64,000 nt of DNA from Atopobiaceae bacterium (lineage in GTDB: Bacteria; Actinomycetota; Coriobacteriia; Coriobacteriales; Atopobiaceae), in assembly GCA_022482785.1 (NCBI GenBank), contig JAKVON010000014.1, forward strand, positions 3,938 to 67,937, in the 5' to 3' direction. Made by a program: the position numbers and the translations under genes. Every line of letters starts with the position of its first letter. Position 1 is the first letter of the stretch. Positions 49,190-56,771 of the stretch are shown here, piece after piece. Below the pieces are notes generated by a model that was not told the DNA's origin, did no database searches, and saw only the letters and a program-made list of their open reading frames with translations.

Positions 49190-51379
49190 ATGTCGAAGAA
49201 GACCATCCTCATAGCAGACAACTCCCTCATCAACCGGACGTACCTCTCCGGCATCCTGAGCGACGAGTACGACTGCCTGGAGGCAGTGGATGGCCAGAAG
49301 GCGCTCGACATCCTGAGGGAGCGCGGCATCGACATCGCCGCCATGCTCCTCGACCTCGTCATGCCTGTCATGGATGGCTACCAGGTCCTCGAGGAGATGT
49401 CCAAGGACCCGGGGCTCCGGCAGATTCCCGTCGTCGTGGTCACCGCCGAGAGCGAGACCAGCGTCGAGGCGCGCGCTCTCGATGCCGGTGCCATGGACTT
49501 CCTCACCAAGCCCATCGAGCCCGAGATAGCCCGCCGGCGCATCAAGTCGGTGGTCAACGCGCGCGAGCTCGAGGAGCTCCACATCAGGAACCGCCTGCTC
49601 GAGGAGATGCAGTACCAGGCCGACCACGACGAGCTCACGGGAATCTTCTCCCGCAGTGCCTTCTATCGCGACACGAGGGCGATGCTTCTCGCGAACCCCG
49701 ACACGGACTACATCCTCATCCGCTGGGACATCGAGAAGTTCAAGCTCGTGAACGACCTGTTCGGCATGAAGACAGGCGACCAGATGCTCGTCGCCGCGGC
49801 GGAGAGCCTTGCCCGTCACGTCTCCGACCTGGGGACCTACGGCCGGTTCGGCTCAGACAACTTCCTCATCTGCGTGCCGGCCGCGTCCCTCGACGTCGAG
49901 AGCTTCATGGACGTCATCGTCAACGAGATCCGGAGCTCGTTCGAGGACGCCGGCATCGCTCAGTCCGTGGTCCTGGCGACGGGCGTCTTCCGCATCACCG
50001 ACCACGACCTCGCCGTCGGGCAGATGTGCGACCGCGCAGGCATGGCGCTCCAGACGGTCAAGGGCGACTATACCAGGCACGTCGCCTACTACGACGACAA
50101 GCTCGGGAATCGCCTCCTCGAGGACCAGGACATCCTCGACAACATGGAGGCGGCGCTCGCCAACGGCGAGTTCGAGGTCAACCTCCAGCCGGTCTACAGC
50201 CTCTCCACCGGCCGTCCGGCCAGCGCCGAGGCCCTCGTGCGGTGGCGGCGCCCCGGCAAGGGGCTCGTCTCGCCCGGGGTGTTCATCCCCCTCTTCGAGG
50301 AGAACGGCTTCATCTCCAAGATGGACTACAACATCTGGGAGCAGGTCTGCCAGATCCAGCACATGCGCAACGAGAAGGGCCTCACGCCCATACCCATCTC
50401 GGTGAACCTCTCCCGCAAGAGCGTCTACGACCCCAACCTCGTCGAGAGCATCGTCGGGCTCCTGAGGCGCTACGAGATCGAGCCCCGGCTCTTCCGCAAC
50501 GAGGTCACCGAGTCCGCCTACATCGACAACGCGACCCAGCTCATCAAGACCGTCGAGGACCTCCAGCGCTATGGCTTCACGGTGCTGATGGACGACTTCG
50601 GCAACGGCTACTCGTCGTTCAACACCCTGAAGGACATCCCGGTCGACATCCTCAAGATCGACATGAAGTTCATGGAGGGATTCGAGCGCGGCGGGCGCGT
50701 CGGCGTGATTCTCGCCTCGGTCCTCCGCATGACCAAGTGGCTCGGCATTCCCGTCATCGCCGAGGGCGTCGAGACGCTCGAGCAGTACGAGTTCCTCCAC
50801 TCCATCGGATGCGACTACACGCAGGGGTTCTACTTCGCGCGCCCCATGCCCTACGACGAGTTCGAGGAGCACGTCGCGGGCCTGCCCAAGGCGGCCATCA
50901 CCTCGCCGGCCCGATTCCACGTGGACGACGTCGTCGCGGCCCTGGGAAGCGGCCACCTCTTCGACCGCGTGATGGACGACATCCTCGATGCCTATGCGGT
51001 CTACGAGTTCAACGCCAGCGCCCTCGAGACGGTGCGCGGGAGCGAGGGCTACTTCAAGCTGTTCGGCTACGACATGGACGCGTTCAAGCGCGAGTCGAGC
51101 AACGTCCTCCATCACATCGTCCACGACGACCGCGAGTACGTGGTCCAGGCCTGCCATGAGGCCATCGAGACCGGCAAGCCTTGCAACCTGGCCATCTCGT
51201 GCACCGTCAGGGGAGGCGAGGTGTGTCGCCTCCATCTCACGCTCTCCTGCGTGGGCAAGTCCAACGACGAGACCGCCCTTATCTTCGCCGCGTTCCATCT
51301 CATCGACAACGGCTGCGAAGGCGACCTTCACGCCTCGTGCCCGTATGCCTCCGAGAACGTCGGCAAGCACGTCTTCTAG
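49190..51379 (+). CDS. Response regulator: REC - degenerate GGDEF - EAL - C-terminal PAS-like domain
   Basis: 729 aa. REC ILIADNS...LLDLVMPVMDG. The GGDEF position reads RFGSDNFLI. EAL domain is intact (EALVRW, EVTES, DDFGNGYSS, KIDMKF, EGVET, QGFYFARP). Confidence 0.9.
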   Translation: MSKKTILIADNSLINRTYLSGILSDEYDCLEAVDGQKALDILRERGIDIAAMLLDLVMPVMDGYQVLEEMSKDPGLRQIPVVVVTAESETSVEARALDAGAMDFLTKPIEPEIARRRIKSVVNARELEELHIRNRLLEEMQYQADHDELTGIFSRSAFYRDTRAMLLANPDTDYILIRWDIEKFKLVNDLFGMKTGDQMLVAAAESLARHVSDLGTYGRFGSDNFLICVPAASLDVESFMDVIVNEIRSSFEDAGIAQSVVLATGVFRITDHDLAVGQMCDRAGMALQTVKGDYTRHVAYYDDKLGNRLLEDQDILDNMEAALANGEFEVNLQPVYSLSTGRPASAEALVRWRRPGKGLVSPGVFIPLFEENGFISKMDYNIWEQVCQIQHMRNEKGLTPIPISVNLSRKSVYDPNLVESIVGLLRRYEIEPRLFRNEVTESAYIDNATQLIKTVEDLQRYGFTVLMDDFGNGYSSFNTLKDIPVDILKIDMKFMEGFERGGRVGVILASVLRMTKWLGIPVIAEGVETLEQYEFLHSIGCDYTQGFYFARPMPYDEFEEHVAGLPKAAITSPARFHVDDVVAALGSGHLFDRVMDDILDAYAVYEFNASALETVRGSEGYFKLFGYDMDAFKRESSNVLHHIVHDDREYVVQACHEAIETGKPCNLAISCTVRGGEVCRLHLTLSCVGKSNDETALIFAAFHLIDNGCEGDLHASCPYASENVGKHVF

Positions 51380-51395
51380 GCCCTCGCCGCACCCC

Positions 51396-51570
51396 GGGCA
51401 GAAAAAGCGGGGAATGCGGTCGTCCGGGGTTCCCTCCTGGCAGAAAAAGTCGAGTGTGTGGTCGTGTTTTTGGGCCGTTGCCCGTCTCGGGCGGGTCCCA
51501 GGGACCGCATTCTCTACTTTTTCTGCCCCCGAGCAGCTTCCGATGACCGCACACCCCATCTTTCCTGCCA
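51396..51570. repeat. 175-bp composite element of four 26-nt units, copy B
   Basis: Units at 51396-51421, 51438-51463, 51503-51528 and 51545-51570. The offsets 0/42/107/149 are identical to copy A. Confidence 0.85.
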
Positions 51571-51684
51571 TCGCCCGTCGGCCGAGACAATCGCCCGCGG
51601 CAATCCCTCTTGTGATTGCTCTCTGCCATCACATGCGATACTGAGGGACATGGTGCCTGGTCTCGGATCGAGGGGGTGGTCGTC

Positions 51685-54600
51685 ATGGAGGTGTCGGACG
51701 AGACCATCGACGTCCTCGCCGCCTCCTTCCCTGGCGACTTCGCCATCGTTCGGCTCGAGGCCGACTCCGTCGTGACCCTGCGCCGCTCCGAGGGCCTCCA
51801 TGGCCTCTTCGGCATGGACCGGCGCGAGTACGCCGACCTCGTTCGCGACGACCCGCTCTCCGTGGTCTTCGAACGCGACCGGCCCCTCGCGAGCGAGGCG
51901 CTCGCCTCGCTCGGGGCCGGCGAGGGCGAGGCCTCCCTCTCCCTCAGGCTCGTCCACAAGGCCAAGCTCGCGATGTGGTCCCGCGCGAGGGTCCGGGTCG
52001 TGGGCACGCAGGGGGGGAGCCCCGTCGCGGCATGCTCGCTCCTCGACTCCTCGGACGGCATCAACGAGCACTCCCAGCTGCTCGGCAACGCCGGCATAGG
52101 AATCTACGTCATCGACGTCGGCACCCACGAGCTGCTCTATGTCAACGACCACCTCCTCGAGGCCTGGGGTCGCTCCGACTATCCGGGCCGGCTCTGCCAC
52201 GAGTTCGTCAACGGCTTCCCCCATCCCTGCGCGTGGTGCTCCGTCCCCCTCATGGAGGACGGGTCGTTCCACGCGGACGAGGCCTATGACCCCAGGAACG
52301 ACAAGTGGTTCACCATCGACTGCCGGGACGTCGACTGGTACGGGCATGCCGCGGTGGCCGTCTACTCCATCGACGTCACGGCGCGGAAGCTTCGCGAGGA
52401 GCATCTCGAGATCGACGTCGACGGCCTCCAGTCGATAATCGAGAACATCCCGTTCGGCATCGCCGTGAGGGAGATGCGCGACGGGCGAACCGTGACGAGC
52501 GTCGTGAACCCCATGTTCTGCGGCCTGCTCGACATCACGAGGGGGCAGTACCTCGCCGACAGCGGCGACATCCTCGAAAAGGTCCTCGAGGAGGACCGCG
52601 CGAAGCTGACCGCCCACATGAGGACGCTCCTCGGGCCGAGCGACGAGAGGGAGTGCGTCTTCCGCTACGCGGTGGGCGCCGCGCGGACGGTGCGCTGGTA
52701 CTCCCTGCGCACGCGCACGATCGCGCAGCAGGGCAGCACGCTCATACTCTCGTGCCTCATCGACCTCACCGCGGAGCGCGAGGCCCAGCTCCAGGCGCTG
52801 CAGAACCAGAGGATGTACGAGGCGGCCGTCGAGGAGGCGCGCCTCTCCGTCTGGGAGTACGACATGTCGGGCCGCCACATCGCCCTGACGGGAAGGGGCG
52901 ATGCGTTCCCCGGGGCCCTCGAGGCGGAGCCGTCCCAGCTCATCGAGAACGTCCCCGACTCCCTGCTGTCCTTCGTCGCCGAGCACGACCGCGCCGCCTT
53001 CGCCGACATGTTCCGCCAGGTCGCCGAGGGAGCTCCCAGGGCGGCGTGCGAGGTCTGGTACAAGGCCCGGGACGACAGCGAGCCCCGCTGCGAGCGCATG
53101 AGCTGCACCACGGTGTTCGATGCCGACGGCCGCCCGGTCAAGGCCTATGGAATCAGCCAGGACGTCACCGTGCAGAGGATCGAGGAGGAGAACTACGCGC
53201 GCCTCTACGGCGACATCGGCCAGCTGGACACCCAGATCATCGGCAGCTACCGGCTGAACCTCACCAAGAACGGCTTCGAGCACGTCGCCGGCGAGCTGGC
53301 GCCCTCCGATCCCTCGTCGGCCGACCGCTCCGCCGACGCCTTCTTCTCGCTGCTCGCCTCCGACATCGAGGACGGCGCGATCCGCGAGCGCTTCTCCGGG
53401 ACGATCTCGCGCGAGCGCCTGCTCGAGGCCTTCCGCGAGGGCAGGCAGCGCCTCTCCATGGAGTTCCCGATCGTGCTCTCGGACGGGGGCGTCCACTGGA
53501 TCGAGAACGTCTACTCGATGGCGCAGAACCCCCTCACCGGCGACGTCGAGGCCGTCTCCTACGCGCGCGACATAAGCCTGCGCGTGAAGGACGAGGCCGT
53601 CGTTCGCCAGATCGCCGAGCAGGGCTACGACTTCGTCGGCATGGTCGACGCCAAGTCGGGCCTCTTCGAGATGCTCCAGCTGAGGCCGGGCGCGCCGCAT
53701 GCGTTTCCCCTCAACGAGAAGACGGCCTACGCGGCCTTCCTCGAGTGGCTCGGCCGCAATGCCCTCGGCGACGACGCCGAGGCCATGGGGACCGCCATAC
53801 GCCTCTCCGCGGTGCGCGACTCGCTGGGTCGCAGCCCCGTCCTGAACGTGCCCTATCGCGCCGTGGGCGACGACGGCTCCGAGCTGCGCAAGCAGCTGCA
53901 GTTCAGCTGGATGGGAAACCTCCGGCGGGAGGTCCTGATCGCCCAGACCGACGTCACCTCCTCGTATCGCCTCGAGCAGGAGCAGATACGCAGGCTCGAT
54001 GCCGCCCGCCGCGCCCAGGAGCACACGAGCGCCCTCATGCAGAGCATCCTCGACACCACGCCCGCCTCCATCTTCTGGAAGGACGCCGACCGTCGCTTCG
54101 AGGGCGCGAACAGGGCCTTCCTCGACTTCTACGGCTTCCCCTCGCTCGATGCCATCCTCGGCAGGAACGACGAGGACATGGGCTGGCATCCCGACGCGGA
54201 GCCCTACAGGAACGACGAGCTCGCCGTCATCCGCGACGGGGTCTCCACCCACCGCGTGCCCGGCATCTGCGTCGTGCGCGGCCGGGAGCGCAACATCGTC
54301 GCGAGCAAGAGCCCGCGCTACGAGCGGGGCTCGATCGTGGGGCTCGTGGGCAGCTTCGAGGACGTGACCGACGAGTACGAGCGCAACGCGGAGATCGCGC
54401 GCCTGAACGACGACCTCAAGCGCTCGCTCGGCGAGGTCGAGAAGGCCAATGCCGCCGAGCAGGCCTTCATGTCCAACCTGAGCCATGACATCCGCACGCC
54501 GCTCGGCGGGGTCCTCGGCTTCACCGAGCTGGCCATGGACACGAACGACATCACGCTCAAGCAGAGCTACCTGGAGAAGATCGACGCCTCGGGGAAGCTC

Positions 54601-55587
54601 ATGCTCGACCTCGTCAACGACGTGCTCGACATGTCCAAGATAGAGAGCGGGAAGATGGAGCTCAGGCCCGAGCCCTTCGGGTTCCGCGGCCTCATCAAGG
54701 GCATCGTCGACCCCCTGCGCATCTCCGCCAAGGCGGGCGACGTGGGCCTCGAGTACAGCGTCGACCCCCACTACCCGCGCTTCGTCCGCGCCGACCGCCT
54801 GCGCCTCCAGCAGGTCATCCTGAACCTCGTCTCCAACGCCGTGAAGTACACCCCGGCCGGCGGGAAGGTGGAGCTCGAGGTGAGCCGCCTGAGCCCGGAG
54901 CAGGACGGCTGCAACACCTGCATCAGGGTCTCGGACAACGGCATCGGCATGTCGAGGGAGTTCCAGGAGCACATGTTCGAGCCGTTCACCCAGGAGCACC
55001 AGAGCAGCATGTACTCCGTGCTAGGGACGGGGCTCGGCCTCACCATCGTGCGGCAGATCGTGAGCCTCATGAGCGGCCGCATCGAGGTCGAGAGCACCAT
55101 CGGCAAGGGCTCGACCTTCAGGGTCTACCTGCCTGTCGAGCAGGTCGAGACCGGGGCCGAGCCCCAGCTTTCCCAGGGTCCCGTGGCGAGCATCGAGGGA
55201 CGCCACCTCATGCTCTGCGAGGACAACGACCTCAACGCGGAGATAGCCACGACCATCCTCCGCGAGCGTGCCCATGCCTCGGTCGAGCGCTTCGGCAACG
55301 GGCGGCTCGGCCTCGACGCCTTCGCCTCCTCGGCCCCCGGCACCTACGACGCGATTCTCATGGACCTCAGGATGCCCGTCATGGACGGCATCGAGACGAC
55401 CAAGGCCATCCGCGCCCTCGACCGCCCCGACGCCAGGTCCATCCCCATCGTGGCCATGACGGCCGACGCCTTCGTCGAGGACGTCAGGAGATGCCGGGAG
55501 GCGGGGATGAACGCGCACGTCTCCAAGCCCGTCGACCCCCTGCGTCTCGTCTCGGTCCTCGCCGAGCAGCTTGCGGGAGGCGCATGA
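51685..55587 (+). CDS. Large soluble multi-PAS hybrid sensor histidine kinase
   Basis: ATG 51685 follows GAGGGGG (the ORF opens at 51616). About 1300 aa with several PAS-like repeats. H-box [28 protein letters not shown] and GTGLGLTIV. REC MLCEDNDLN...ILMDLRMPVMDG...MTADAF. Confidence 0.9.
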   Translation: MEVSDETIDVLAASFPGDFAIVRLEADSVVTLRRSEGLHGLFGMDRREYADLVRDDPLSVVFERDRPLASEALASLGAGEGEASLSLRLVHKAKLAMWSRARVRVVGTQGGSPVAACSLLDSSDGINEHSQLLGNAGIGIYVIDVGTHELLYVNDHLLEAWGRSDYPGRLCHEFVNGFPHPCAWCSVPLMEDGSFHADEAYDPRNDKWFTIDCRDVDWYGHAAVAVYSIDVTARKLREEHLEIDVDGLQSIIENIPFGIAVREMRDGRTVTSVVNPMFCGLLDITRGQYLADSGDILEKVLEEDRAKLTAHMRTLLGPSDERECVFRYAVGAARTVRWYSLRTRTIAQQGSTLILSCLIDLTAEREAQLQALQNQRMYEAAVEEARLSVWEYDMSGRHIALTGRGDAFPGALEAEPSQLIENVPDSLLSFVAEHDRAAFADMFRQVAEGAPRAACEVWYKARDDSEPRCERMSCTTVFDADGRPVKAYGISQDVTVQRIEEENYARLYGDIGQLDTQIIGSYRLNLTKNGFEHVAGELAPSDPSSADRSADAFFSLLASDIEDGAIRERFSGTISRERLLEAFREGRQRLSMEFPIVLSDGGVHWIENVYSMAQNPLTGDVEAVSYARDISLRVKDEAVVRQIAEQGYDFVGMVDAKSGLFEMLQLRPGAPHAFPLNEKTAYAAFLEWLGRNALGDDAEAMGTAIRLSAVRDSLGRSPVLNVPYRAVGDDGSELRKQLQFSWMGNLRREVLIAQTDVTSSYRLEQEQIRRLDAARRAQEHTSALMQSILDTTPASIFWKDADRRFEGANRAFLDFYGFPSLDAILGRNDEDMGWHPDAEPYRNDELAVIRDGVSTHRVPGICVVRGRERNIVASKSPRYERGSIVGLVGSFEDVTDEYERNAEIARLNDDLKRSLGEVEKANAAEQAFMSNLSHDIRTPLGGVLGFTELAMDTNDITLKQSYLEKIDASGKLMLDLVNDVLDMSKIESGKMELRPEPFGFRGLIKGIVDPLRISAKAGDVGLEYSVDPHYPRFVRADRLRLQQVILNLVSNAVKYTPAGGKVELEVSRLSPEQDGCNTCIRVSDNGIGMSREFQEHMFEPFTQEHQSSMYSVLGTGLGLTIVRQIVSLMSGRIEVESTIGKGSTFRVYLPVEQVETGAEPQLSQGPVASIEGRHLMLCEDNDLNAEIATTILRERAHASVERFGNGRLGLDAFASSAPGTYDAILMDLRMPVMDGIETTKAIRALDRPDARSIPIVAMTADAFVEDVRRCREAGMNAHVSKPVDPLRLVSVLAEQLAGGA

Positions 55588-56771
55588 TGGCGTCGCGCGG
55601 GGGTGCCATGCGCGAGGGGACCGGCCTCCTGGTCGCGGCCACGTTCGGCGCGATCTTCCTGAACGGCTTCGAGGCGGGCGGCTATCAGGCCTGCCTCCAG
55701 AGCATCGGCGCGGAGTACTCCCTCTCGGGCTCGCTGATGGGTGCCCTCGCCTCGGTGCAGCTCGTGGCGTGCCTCGTCGCCCCGCTCGTGTTCGGGCCCC
55801 TGGCCGACCGGCGCGGCAAGCGCCCCGTGCTCCTGGCGTTCCTCGCCGTCGAGGTGGCATCGAGCGTGCTCGCGACGGCCTCCCATGACCCCGCCGCCTT
55901 CGCCGTCGCCATCTTCGGCGTGGGCGTCGCCGTGAGCACCGTCCAATACGTCGTCCTGGCGGGGATAGCCGACGCGTTCCCTGCCACGGGAAGGCGCAAG
56001 CTCGGGTTCGTGACCGGCATGTACTCGCTCGGCGCCGTCATCTCGCCGCTCCTCTGCGGCGGCCTCATCTCCGCGGGCATGTCCTGGAGGGCCTTCTTCG
56101 TCGTCCTGGCCGCGGCCTCGGCACTCGCCTGCGGCGCGTTCGTCGCCTGCGACTTCGCCCCCAGGGAGGCTCCCTCGGCCGGCGGCGGGGCAGGCGCCGC
56201 GACGTCGGGGGAGGGTGCCTGGGACGGGCTCGGCGTGGGACTCCTCTGCCTCGTGATGTTCGTCTACGTGGGCGTCGAGAGCGGCATCGGCTACTTCATG
56301 AACTCGTTCGTGTCCACCGAGCTCTCGGGCTCCAGCTCCTACCTCGCGCTCTCGCTCTTCTGGGCCGCCATGATCCCGTCGCGCATGCTGTGCGGCGCCA
56401 AGGCCGCCCGCCGCGGGCCCCTCCTCGTGGCGGCCTGCGTCGGCGCGGGGGTCCTCACGGCGGCGATGTCGCTGCTCTCCTCGTCCGTGGCTGCCGTGGC
56501 CCTGGCCGCCGCGATGGGCTTCTTCTGCGGGGCGGTCTATCCCTGCGTGCTCGCCTACGACGTCGACTTCGCCGGCGGCCGCACGGCCACGGCCACGGGC
56601 CTCATCACCGCGGCGACGGGCCTGGGAGGGGCGATCGTGACCCTCGCGTTCGGCTGGATGTCTGACGCGCTCGGCATGAGGATGGCCTTCGCCCTGCTGG
56701 GAGGGCTTATGCTCGTCGACGTGGCGGCGGCGGTCGCCCTGCTCGCGAGGGGGAGGAGGCAGCATGCGTAG
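55584..56771 (+). CDS. MFS transporter
   Basis: ATG 55584 overlaps the kinase stop (ATGA), with GGGAGG upstream. 395 aa, about 12 TM. MFS loop GPLADRRGKRP. Confidence 0.85.
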   Translation: MMASRGGAMREGTGLLVAATFGAIFLNGFEAGGYQACLQSIGAEYSLSGSLMGALASVQLVACLVAPLVFGPLADRRGKRPVLLAFLAVEVASSVLATASHDPAAFAVAIFGVGVAVSTVQYVVLAGIADAFPATGRRKLGFVTGMYSLGAVISPLLCGGLISAGMSWRAFFVVLAAASALACGAFVACDFAPREAPSAGGGAGAATSGEGAWDGLGVGLLCLVMFVYVGVESGIGYFMNSFVSTELSGSSSYLALSLFWAAMIPSRMLCGAKAARRGPLLVAACVGAGVLTAAMSLLSSSVAAVALAAAMGFFCGAVYPCVLAYDVDFAGGRTATATGLITAATGLGGAIVTLAFGWMSDALGMRMAFALLGGLMLVDVAAAVALLARGRRQHA

